NCBI GenBank assembly: GCA_013265495.1
Contig: MU058365.1
Span: forward strand, 372,001 to 429,599
From: Vicugna vicugna
Lineage: Eukaryota
Reading direction: 5' to 3'
Length of the DNA: 57,599 nucleotides
The notes beneath the pieces are model-generated. The model worked only from the letters and a program-made list of their open reading frames with translations. It ran no database searches and was not told the origin of the DNA. The translations under genes and the position numbers were made by a program. Positions 30,001-42,000 of this stretch are shown piece by piece (positions within the stretch are counted from its first letter, which is position 1; the number at the start of each line of letters is the position of its first letter).

Positions 30001-33000
30001 CTCCCCCTGCACCGCGCTCAGAGCCCCGACGACGCAGCGGTGGCGGCGTGCGCACTGCAAGGCCTGGGGGCTCTCCAGCCCCCTCGGGCTCGTACCTGCG
30101 CTGCACCGGCTCCCGGGGGCTCGGGGTCCTCCCTCCGCGGGCCTGCGGCTCGCGAGCCCGCCCCGCCGCCCCTGCCGCGCCGCGAGTGGTACGGCCCGGC
30201 CGCAAATCCCTGGTTGCCCTGGCAGCCGCCCGGGGCCCAGCCCGCGCCTCCGCCTCCCGCAGCCGCTGCAGCGCGGGGACGCCCCTTTCAGCGCCCTCCT
30301 GGTCCTCCAGGCCCGGCCCGGCTACCCGCGGGCGGCGTGTGTCCGTCTGGGCTCCAGGTATGGGCGACCCTCGCTGGGCGCCGGGCTTAGGCGGCCCCTG
30401 CCCCCAGGGTTGGGGACCCAGCCCGGACCCCCAGAACTTAGAGGTCTGGCTCCTCTCCATTGTCTGTACTGGGCAGCACCCAGGTCTACCTCCTTCTGGG
30501 AAGAGGGGAGGGAGAAGAGACTTCATAGCGATCCAGGCCTCAGGATGCTTCTTGCTCAGATTTTGTCTCTCTGCCTGGTCCAGGGAGGGAAATGCATCGA
30601 CCCATGAAGACCTGTCCTCCCAGAGAGTTTGCACGGATAACTGGGACATGCGAGAGGGTGGGCTTGAGGGAAGCTGGGAGGAGGGTGTGGCCAGGTCTGC
30701 AGGGCTCTCGGCCAAGCCCAGATTTGGTGGATCCATGACCCCTAGCTCTGGGGACGCTGCATCCCTAGGGGCTCAGACAGCCGCCTAGTTCTCTGCCAGT
30801 CACTGAAGGACACCCGGGACAGTATTGAGTGCAGAGCAGCACTGGAAGCTAAAAAGGGAAAGCTTTGGCCTGGATAAGGGACCCATATCCCAGGGCAAGC
30901 GTGGATCTCAGGATCTCAAAGCACTACGTTGTTTAGAGGACACAGGGGTGTCTGATGGGAGGGAGTGGGCGGGGATCTCTTTGCTGACTGTGAGGTGCTT
31001 GGGAACCCCCCTCAGACAGGCTGGGCTGGGGGCAGACTGCCCTAAGGCCCTGTTCTCAGGTGCCAGCCTTCTGCCTCTGGCCATTTCCAGGCCACACCCC
31101 AGGAGGATGTGGAAAACCCACCCGTGGTCCTAGGGGACCCAGAGAAACAGCAGAGGGTGCAGCAGCTGGTAAGTCCCAGGTCAAGGGTGGAGAAGACCTG
31201 TTGTGGGTAGATCTGCCTTCCCACACGAGGAGCTCCATTCTGACCCCACAGGAATCCGAGCTCAGCAAGAAGCGGAAGAAATGCGAGAGCCTGGAGCAGG
31301 AAGCCCGGAAAAAGCAGAGGCGATGTGAGGAGCTGGTGAGCTCTTGAGGGCCTCCTGGAGGCCAGCTCCTCCCTTCCCTCCATCGGACCAGCTGGGTGGT
31401 GGGCTCCGTCTGGGCTCTGCTGCCTTCCCTCCTGCCCTGAGAGCACGCCATCCCTCCCTTGTGCGGGGCTCTCCTTTCCAGGCTGATGCAGGTTCCAGGT
31501 TGGGGAGGGCAGGGTCCTCTGTGTAGGGGAGAGGAGGAGTGTGGATGCTGGGACCCTCCCCAGTGTCCTCTGGTCTCTCAGGAACTGCAGCTGAGGGAAG
31601 CCCAGACTGAGAATGCCCGCCTCGTGGAGGAGAACTCTCGGCTCAGTGGGAGAGCCACGGAGAAGCAGCAGGTAGCAGCTCTGCCCAGGTGCGGGGCTGG
31701 GCTCCTGCTCCTGTCCTGGGCCCCAGGCAAGGGGCTGTCCCCTCCACCACCCCACCCCGATCTGGGCTAGAGTATGAAGCCTGCTACTCCCCCACACCCT
31801 CGCCCCACCCCCATGAGGATGCTGAGGGGATGAGGCTCACACACCTGGCTCCCTGCCACTCTGGCCTTCCAGGTGGAGTGGGAGAATGCAGAGCTGAGGG
31901 GCCAGCTCCTGGGGGTGACACAGGAGAGGGACTTGGCCCTTCTCAAGAGCCAGGGCCTGCAGAGCAAGCTGGAGAGCCTGGAGCAGGTGCTGAAGGTGAG
32001 GGGACCGTGTGTGTGTGTGGGGGGGGGGAGGCACGGGGAAGAAGGAAGACAGTGGCATATACCCTTTATTGGGCCCTGGGGTCTAAGGCTGAGTCCTGAA
32101 GGAAGGGTGCTGGTCCCTGGCACGGGGAAGGAGGAGGACAGTGGCATATACCCTTTATTGGGCCCTGGGGTCTAAGGCTGAGTCCTGGTGCCGCTGGCCC
32201 CTTTCCTTCTCTAGCCTCAGTTTCCTTTTTAGCAGAGACTATCTAGAACACATGGTGTCTGAGGCTTCCTCGTGACTTAGGTCTTCTGTAAACACAGTAG
32301 AGCAGGGCTCTGGCCTTGACCCAGGCTCTTGCATTTCAGCACATGCGGGAAGTGGCCCAGCGGCGGCAGCAGCTGGAGGTGGAGCATGAGCAGGCCCGAC
32401 TCAGCCTGCTGGAAAAACAGGAGGAGGTCCGGAGGCTGCAGCAGGTGGGGCAGGGTCTTGGAGGGGGGCAGGAGTGGGGGAAGGGTGATAGGCTGCCGGA
32501 CCCCAGCTTAATCATCACCCAGCCGATGGGCGTCTACTAAGAACCTAGTGGGTACCAGGCACAGGGAGGACCGTAAGGGGCAAAGACCAGGTCCCTGACC
32601 AATCAGCGCATAAACAGATCCACGCATGAGGTGGTCCCAGTCATTGACGAGTCAGTGGGGGAAGGGTAATGTGACACAGAGTGGCTGGGGTGGGGTGAGG
32701 GGCCGCTGCTTTAGAGAGGTCAGCCTTGAATACCTCCCGGGCCAGGAGGAGCCAGCTGATGAGCACCCCTCATGGGGTTGGGGAGGGGAATAGAAGTGCC
32801 AGGGCCCTGTGGTGGGAAAGAGCTTGGGGGTCCAGACCAGGTCACTGGAATATTGTAGGCTGGACAGAACAGCAGGAGTAGGCAAGAGCCAGATCACCTC
32901 AGGCCTTAACGATCTTGGGAAGTTTGGATAGCTTGCTCTCTGTGAGTGGTGAGAAGCTGTTGAAAGGTCCTGAGCAGGCGCATAGCGAGATCTGATCCCT

Positions 33001-36000
33001 CATTTTAGAGGATCGCGTTGGCTGTGCTGCGGAGGGTGCCGAGGGAGTGGGCGTGGAAGCGGGCAGTCAGGTGGGAGAAGATGGCTGTCTGGACTAGGGT
33101 GCAGAGATGCAGGTGGAAACGAGTGGACGGATTTGAAATTTATTTCGGAGACAGAATCGATCGGACCCACTGCAGGATTCCAGCTGAGGCCCCGCTCTTT
33201 CATCCCTTTGCTGATTAAATGGAGGTCGAGACTTTTCATCCCCCAGGAAGGAGGGAGGAGGGCAGCAGATTTGAGAGGTGGGGAATCCTGAGTTCTGCAT
33301 TCTGTGTTGGCCAAGTTTGGGTTGTGTGCTACACACTCAAGTGGAGGTGTCCATAGACAGCTGGGTTTATGAGCCCAGAGTCGTGGGAAGTTGGTCTTGT
33401 AGATCGTTTTGGAGTATTCGATGCGTCTAGTCGCATGACTAGACGGGACCCTTTGGGGGAAGAGTGTAGAGTACGAGGCAGGCTTAGCACTGTACCCTGC
33501 GGCACCCTAACATTCAGAAGGGGTAGAAGACAAGCAGGCTGAAGAGGCTGAGAAAGGACAGAGAGAGAGGCAGGGGACCGAAGGAGGAGGTCCTGGGGAG
33601 AGAGAAGCGGGATAGGCCCCTCTCCTTGACCCTCTTGCCTTCTGGCCTGAGGTATGCTCCAGGGTGCGAGTCAGGAGGGAGAGACCCTCAGCCCCTTCCC
33701 AGCACCCCGCCTTCTCTCCCCTCCTCTCTCTTCCTCTTCTTTCTTCTCCCCCTTGGCCCTTCCTCCCCTCCTCCCTTCCGGCCCTCCCTATCCCACCCCC
33801 ATTCCTCATCCTTCCCCTCCAGCATGTTGCCTCCTCCCACCTGTAGGCCCAGGCAGAAGCTCAGAGGGAACATGAAGGGGCTGTGCACCTGCTGGAGGTA
33901 GGGTCCCTGGAGGTGGCCGCCGGCTTTGCCAGCTTGAGGGGAGGCTGGGGAGGTTCCAAGAGAGCTGGGATGAACTGCCCGGGTGTCAGTGTGGGTGTGG
34001 AGGGTATGGGCCTCCAGGAAGGGCCCTTAAATGCTATAGGGCCTGGGGACCTTCCCTCCACCATTGACCGACTTCTCAGGCCAGAGCACAGTTGGGCAGA
34101 GGCTCCTGGGTCTGGTGGCAGCTGCCTCCCATCGCCACCCACCTTAGAGGCTGCCTCTGCCCTGAAATGTCCTTCCCCTTAGCAACTGCTTAGTCAGTCC
34201 TGGGAGCTGACGGGGTGGCGTCCACTGGGGCCCCTCTCTGCTTCCCTCGCTAAGTGATGACCACAGGGTAAGGGTTCTAATGTTTCCTCTGTGCTTTCCT
34301 TTCCTGCCACAGTCTACCCTGGATTCCATGCAGGTACAGCCTCCTGACCCCCCACCTCCTTGGGGGGTCCCCTCCCCAACACCTCTCCAGACTGGCTGAG
34401 CTGCGTCTCTTCCCTCAGGTCCAAGTGGTCCCGACTCTCATGTCCAATGGCGGGGGTGTGACCGGTAGCAGACCTGAGAATCCATAGATGGGCTAGGCTT
34501 CCCGCAGGACATGTGGGCCATCCCCTCGTCCCACACCTGCCACTGTGCCTGGCAGACACAGGGCTTTCCCTCCCCTGAAACCTAGTCACTCAGACCACGA
34601 GGATGTTCATCACCAGTCAACCTGTGATCCCCTTCACGGGGACTCTCCTGATACTTGGGGAAAATTCTTGAGAATTGGCTCATTCCCATCACAAAGATGC
34701 CCCTACTGACGTGTGGGATCTCTCTGGGCCAGGATTTGGGTCACTGACTGTGGGAGGGTTACAAACTATGGAGCTAAGAAAACTTCTGAGGTGATACTGG
34801 TGGTGGTGATGGGGGTGGGGGGGTGACCCCTTTTGGCCTAGAAAGCAGCCAGAAGCAGGAAATGGCCCTGCTGGGGGCATGAGGGTGTGCGGCGTGAGGC
34901 AGGCTCCAAGCCTTCTCTGGGACAGAGTTGGGAGTGAAGGTGTCCCACAGCCCCAGGTCTTCACCCTGAGGCAGACACCTTGCAGGGCAGTGGGGCAGCC
35001 AGGCTGAGGAGGGGTGTTCAGACCTGGGGGCTGGGTGGATGTGATCTGAAGCCCCACATGGGGCTGTGTGGTGATGACCCAGGCTGGATCGGGCAGCCTG
35101 GCTAGGCCTGGTGGCTCATTGTGGGTCTTGGCCCAGGTCCGGGTTCGAGAGCTGGAGGAGCAATGTCGCAGCCAGACTGAGCGCTTCAGCCTCTTGGCAC
35201 AGGAGCTCCAGGCCTTCCGCCTGCACCCGGGTCCCTTGGATCTGCTCACCTCTGCCCTGGGCTGCAGTACCCTGGGGGACCGCCCGCCACCCCCCTGCTG
35301 CTGCTCCACCCCCCAGCCCTGCCGAGGGGCCGGCCCCAAAGGTAAGGTTGACCCCAGTGACATTAGCCTGGAGTCCCCAGGCCTGGGGCTTTTGTATGGA
35401 GCAGAGTTCAGGGTCAGCAAAGACTAGCAACTCACCCAAAGTCACAGAGCAAGTTAGAACCAGGTCTGGCTACAGCCAGGCTCTGATAGAGAGCAAAAAA
35501 GAACCTGGAGGAGTGGCTGTCCCAGGGTCTGGCCCAGGCATCTCAGGCTACTGCTCCTCCACCTCCAAGACCTCTGTGGTCATGGCTGGGAGGTGGGCAC
35601 CTGGGGTCAGTAGCTGGCAGTGTGGGCTGGTGGAGAGCCAGTTGGACATCAGTCAGATCTGATGGTCCTGGCTCCACTCAGTCCATGGTGCTGTGAAACC
35701 TCTGGGGACCCTGTGTCCTAAGCTTAAGCCAGGAGCATCCAGTGCATCTCATCAGGCTGCTCTGAGTGAGGGTCCTGCAAAATAACATATGTGATCACCT
35801 CCACCTCCACTTAGTAAGTTCCCCCAGTATGGAGGGCCAGGCCCCCAGATCCAGGAAGACCTTTGGTCCCTGGTCACTCCTCAGGCCACAGACCCAAGCC
35901 CACATGTCATCTTCTCTTTAGATCTTGACCTCCCACCGGGCTCCCCAGGGCGCTGCACTCCGAAGTCTTCCGAGCCTGCCCCTGCCACCCTTGCTGGGGT

Positions 36001-39000
36001 CCCCCGAAGGACTGCCAAGAAGACAGAATCTCTCTCCAACTCCTCTCGTTCTGAGTCCATCCACAACAGCCCCAAGTCATGCCCCACGCCCGAGGTCAGT
36101 GCTGGGGAGGGGCCTGAGGTCTGGCTCTGCCTTGGGGAAGGGGGAATGGGGAGGTGGCCCTGACCTCTTCTAGGGTCCCCAGGAGTTGAGTGGCTGCTGG
36201 CCCATGTGGGGTCCCAAGGGGAGCCAGGCCCCGTGGGAGAGGCCAGTGGATTCTTCCTGGTGGGCAGGGAGCTTAGGTGGGGCCCACCCCTGCTCTCCGG
36301 GACCTGCCACCAAGCCCTGCCTTGGGGCCGCCCAGCCCCGCCCCTCTGGGACCCAGAGAGGCCCTGGAGTCCAGGGCTGGATGGAGAGAGACACTTTGGC
36401 GCCAAGATCTGCATAATGAGGCTGTTCAGGAGAGTGTCTGTAGCAGGAGCAGATGGTTATGTGAAATGGAGCGCAGGTTCCAGGATTCAGATCCCAGCTT
36501 TGTTTTAGGCAAGTCGCCGACCCCTTCTGGGTTTCAGTTTCCTTGTCTGGATTGTGAACTAATAAACCTGTCTGGTAAGGTTGTTGTGAGGATTACGTGA
36601 AAAAAAAAATCCAAGGATGGAGCCTCCCTCAGTGCAGGGCACACAAGAGATGCTTAACATATGGAAGCTATTATTATTACCCAGTTCTTTGGTATCACTC
36701 ACAACTTTTCTGATGTCCTCATCCCTCTCTAACTCCCAAACCCCCAAAAGTGGAGGGGGCAGGTCAGGGGCAGCCCTGCTGTCCAATGTTGTGGAGAGTG
36801 GTAGAACCCAGCCCTGGTCCTCTACTGCCCCCTTGTGGGATAGAAAGGTGGTGCTGGCTGTGGATGCCCCCATTCACCATCTCAGGACCCTCCCCACAGG
36901 GACTTCTCAGCCCCTCTACCTCTGTGCTTCCAGCCCTTTAAGGTCAGAGTGCTTTGCTGTGTCTTTACCTTAAGGAGATAAACTGTCATTGGACACCCAC
37001 TGCACACCGTTGTGGCTGGCGCCCCTTTGATGGGGAAAGTGGTCTTATTTACCGGTGCGGCAGAGGCCAGGGCTCAAGGAGGGATCCAGGTTATCCCCCC
37101 TCCTTCTACCCAGGGCATCAGGGCTCGGCCAGGACCTGCTGGCTCAGGTGCTGATTTAGAAAACATGAGGGCTCATCACTGCTCGTCTTGTCCAGCATGT
37201 GCTTAACTTCTCTTCTCAAAATAATGCCTCCTCTATCTGCTTTGCCATTGGCCCTGCATCATGGAGAGGACTGGTCCTTTCTGTTTGCCCCCAGGTGGAC
37301 ACAGCCAGTGAGGTGGAGGAGCTGGAGGTGGACAGCATCTCCCTGCTTCCAGCAGCGCCGGAGGGCACCCGGGGAGGAGCCAGGATCCAGGTCTTCCTAG
37401 CTCGCTACAGGTAGGCCCCTCCCTGCCGCTCCCCATTCCCGCAGCATTTGGGGTGTATTGGAGGAAGGGGGCGGGTGAAGATAGCAGCACCATCTGGAGA
37501 CGGTGGGAGTGATTCAGGGATCCCAGTTGGACACGTCCTCTTAACCTAGTTGGGCTGAGGTGGGCACAGTGAGTGATCCACTTGGTTAACAGTGCACAGC
37601 CAAGTCTCATAGAGGCCAAGTGCATTGGAGGAGAGGATACAGGACCCGGAGGGAGAATGTCAGTCGCTGTCCTCCTCCTCTGCACCTTTTCCCACAGCTA
37701 CAACCCCTTCGAGGGCCCCAATGAGAACCCGGAGGCAGAGCTTCCGCTCACTGCTGGCGAGTACATCTACGTCTATGGCAGCATGGACGAGGATGGCTTC
37801 TTTGAAGGTAGGAAGGTAGTGGGGATCGTTCTGTCCCTTCCCCTGCTTTTAAGCTCCTCTTCCCAAAGACCCCCACCCATCCGTATCCTCTCAGCCCACT
37901 GTAACTTCTCTAACTCAGCTAAAAGGTGTACAGAGACCCAGCAGCCTGCGGGGAAAGGGTACGGGAGGACTCTGGAAGCAGCTGGTCCGACCCCAGGTCT
38001 GCCCCACGTAGGGCAGGACAGGGCCACCACAGTCCATATGGTGGACAGAGTGTCACAGGGAATTCAGCTAAATTCTCTTCTGTACTGGCAGACAGGGCGT
38101 GGCAGTGCTTAACGCTAGTGACCTAGGTCAGGCGTGGAGCATAGATCTGATGCTGGACTCCAGTCTGTGTGGGAAGAGGAATCAGGGGCCAAACCCAAGC
38201 AAAGGATGTTAGCAAGTGGTTAGCAGTTATCAGGGCCCTGGCAGGGCGGAGCTTCAGGGCAGTTCTCCAGTGCCTGTGGGGAGATCGGGCAGTCGAGGCA
38301 GATGCCCCATTACTGAAACTGAGCAACAGGGCAGGGCCTGCAGAAGAAAGGGCTCTGGGAGACTCCCCAGGGTGGTCCTGGCCAGGCACCTGGCTGCATC
38401 CTTCCACAGCGGGGAGGATGGCACTGCGGGGAGGAGTCCGGGGTGAGATGTGGACAGGGCAGGGCGAGAGCTGTAACCTTGTGTGGGGATTTAGGAAAGT
38501 GGTTTGGTCTGGGTCTGTAACACCCAGAGCTTTGAGAGTGTGAGGCCAGGACTTCAGAGCTTGCTCCTCCCTGGGCCCCATGCCTGTTATTTGAGTAGGT
38601 GCTAAGAATGATAATAAACAGCTAAACTCTCTATAGGGATGGATAATGGAGAGCAGGATTAAGTAGCTCCCAGGAAAATGACTTTTTTAATGAAAAAAAA
38701 TCAAAACATCAAAAACGGGGAGATAATTAGGTTTGTGTGTTTGTTTGTTTATTGGAGGCATTGGGGATGGAACCCAGGTCCCTGGGCATGCCAAGCCCTA
38801 GGTCTGCCACTGAGCTCTACCCACCACCCCAAACATAAGTATTGACTCCCCGAAAATCACTGGAATTTGAACTATGCCATCTGGAATGACTGAAAGACAC
38901 GTAGACCACTGGGTGCAAGGTGCTCTATTCCTCATCATACTTTGGCTAAGTGACTGCTTCATCCTCGTCTGGTCCCACCTGGACTGCTCTCTGGGGCACG

Positions 39001-42000
39001 AGCTTCGGAAGCAAGAGACTGACTCTGGCCCAGGCTCCAGCACTAGCCTTTCAGGGCTGTAGATCTGCTTAGTGTGATAGCTCCGACCTTTAAGGTCGCA
39101 CTCCTTAGTGTTGGTGGCTGTGTTGATTTCCTAGGGTTGCTGGAACAAATTTCCACCAACTGGAGGGCTTAAAGCAACGGAATGGTGTTCCCTCAGAGCT
39201 CCGGAGTCTGAAATCAAGGTGTTGGCAGAGCCAACCCCCTCCCCCCCCGAGGCTCTAGGGGAGATTCGGTTCCTTGTCCGTTTCAGTTTCTGGTGGCTCC
39301 AGGTGTTCCTTGCTTGTGGCCACATCACTCCAGTCTCTGCATCCATAGTTTATTGGCTCCTCTTCTTCTCTTGGTGTCCCTCCCTGTGTGTCTCTTATAA
39401 GGACACTTGTCATTGGATTTAGGACCCACCCAGATAATCCAGGATGATCTCATCTCAAGCTCCTTAACGTAATTGCCTCTGCAAAGACGCTTTTCCCAAA
39501 TAAAGTCATAATCACAGGATCCAAGGTTTAGGATGTGGACATATTTGGGGGAGGCCAGCTTTCAGCCCACTGCAGTGCTTATTTTATCCAATTTATTGAA
39601 AATCTCTTTTGTTTTCTTCTTCAAGTTTCCTTATTTTTTCTTTTTCCCTCCTAGCATAAGCAGAAAGAGAGGGTATTGGGGAAACTCACCTGCCCTTCTG
39701 CAGCTCAGGCCAGCCTACACCCGCCCTCTGCCCTAAGCCCTGGCCCTGCTCCTCCTTCCTCCCAGTAAGGCACACAGCTGCCAGCTTATCTGTCCCCTGG
39801 GAATCTTTCTCCTTCTCCCAAATTAGCTGTGATATGACAGGCTGTGTCCCCAATTTCTGCGTTCCTTAACAGCTCACAAACAAACAACAACAAATGTTAT
39901 ATAATACTCTCATGCCGAGTGTTCAGGGGAACTGGCACAGGGCCACAGAACTTACCTCTGGTTGCTGTCTGGACTGACTGCCATCACGCTCCTGGATCCA
40001 GGCCTGCTGTGGGCCCCTATCCCTTCTAGAGCCCACAGGGGACTCTCTTCTCTAGCACGTCTGTCTTTTGTCCCTAAAGATCCCTTCCCTTATTCTGACC
40101 AGAGGGGGCTTCCCTCTCCCTTCGAGGATGTCTGTTTTCCCTACAGAAGATGAAGGGTGCCCCTGCCCTCACTCCTCAGGCCTGTGTAATATGACAGTTT
40201 TCAAACGTAGAGAAATATTAAAGAATGCTACAGTGAACACCTATGTACTCACCACTGTAGATTCAACGGTTGTCAGCATTTTGCCATAATTGCTTTTTCT
40301 ATGTGTGGGTTAAAAAAGAAAAACAATTTAAAAGCAAGTCGTAGACAGATGACATTTTACCTCGACACCCTTCAACATGCATCTCCTTAGAACATGAGCG
40401 TTCTCCTACATTCCTGCAGCATCAGCATCACCCGGGAGCTTGTCAGAAATGCAGACGCTCAGCCCCACGCAGACTTAGCTGAGTTAGAATCTGCGTTTTA
40501 ACAAGTCTCCGGGTGATTCCTCCGCACAGTAACGTCTAAGCCGCACTGTCCTGTATTACCGCGGTGCTCTGAAAACGAACCCTAGCGCCCTAAGGCAGAC
40601 CTTGACCGCTCTTGTCGTTTAAAAGTGCTGACAGGTCACCGTTGATCCGACTCAAATGCTTACGATCGCCCACTAACTGTTGCTCAAGTGCACTCATTGG
40701 ACTGCGCGGTCTCTCTGCCTCCTCTCTGTCTTCCCCTCCCTCGCCCTCCCTCTGCCAGGAGAGCTCGTGGACGGCCGAAGAGGCCTGGTCCCTTCCAATT
40801 TTGTAGAGCGGGTGTCCGACGACGACCTCCTGATGTCCCTCCCTCCGGAGCTGGCCGATTTGTCCCACAGCTCAGGCCCCGAACTCAGCTTCCTGAGCGG
40901 AGGAGGGGGTGGCAGCAGCAGTGGGGGCCAGAGCAGCGGGGGACGCAGCCAGCCAAGACCAGAGGAAGAGGCCGCAGGGGACGAGCTCGGTCTGAGCCCC
41001 CCGCCCGAGGGCCTGGGGGAGCCCCCAGCTGTGCCTTACCCCCGAGGTCTGGCCATCCTCAAGCAGCTGGCCCACAGCGTGGTGCTGGCCTGGGAGCCGC
41101 CTCCCAAGCAGGTGGAGCTGCGGGGTTACCATATCTGTGTGGATGGGGAGCTGCGTCAGGCCCTGGGGCCCGGGGCGCCCCCCACGGCTGTGCTGGAGAA
41201 CCTGGACCTGCGGGCGGGGCCCCTCCGGGTTTCCGTGCAGGCCCTGACCAGCCGGGGCAGCTCTGACCCTCTACGCTGCTGCGTGGCGTTGGGTGCCCGG
41301 GCCGGGCTGGTACCTAGCCAGCTGCGGGTCCATCGACTGACAGCCACGTCTGCTGAGATCACCTGGGTGCCCGGCAATAGCAACTTGGCCCATGCCATCT
41401 ACCTCAATGGGGAAGAGTGCCCCCCTGCCCGTCCCAGCACCTACTGGGCCACCTTCTGCCACCTGCGGCCTGGTACACTCTATCAGGCCCGAGTGGAGGC
41501 TCAGCTCCCACCTCGAGGGCCCCGGGAACCAGACTGGGAGAGGCTGGAGCAGCAGGCTGCCACCCTGCAGTTCACCACACTCCCAGCAGGTATGCGTGCT
41601 CGGGCACCTGGTGTCTGTAACATTCGGGAAGAGGGTGTCAGGCCACAGGTGCTGGTGGAAGGGGAGGCTGTTGCTACTTGTGTTTTTAGGGACATGGAAA
41701 AGTGGGCTGTTACCTCTGGCGGTGAGTGTCCTGCATTAGCGGGTCTTGTGCCCCCTTCCTGCAGGCCCGCCTGATGCCCCCCTGGATGTGCAGATTGAGC
41801 CAGGGCCCTCCCCTGGAATCTTGATCATCAGCTGGCTCCCAGTAACGATTGATGCTGCTGGCACCTCCAACGGCGTCCGGGTCACAGGCTACGCCATTTA
41901 CGCTGATGGGCAAAAGGTATGGCCTGGGGACTCTGCCCACCTCTACTCTAGGAGCTGGATGTAGGTCTCTCCTTGCCATGCTCAGAGGCCTGGTCTCCCC

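Noticed and set aside
29584..30788. Several overlapping 268-306 aa ORFs on both strands
   Set aside because: A by-product of the CpG island's stop-codon depletion; only 29750-29935 matches TSPOAP1.
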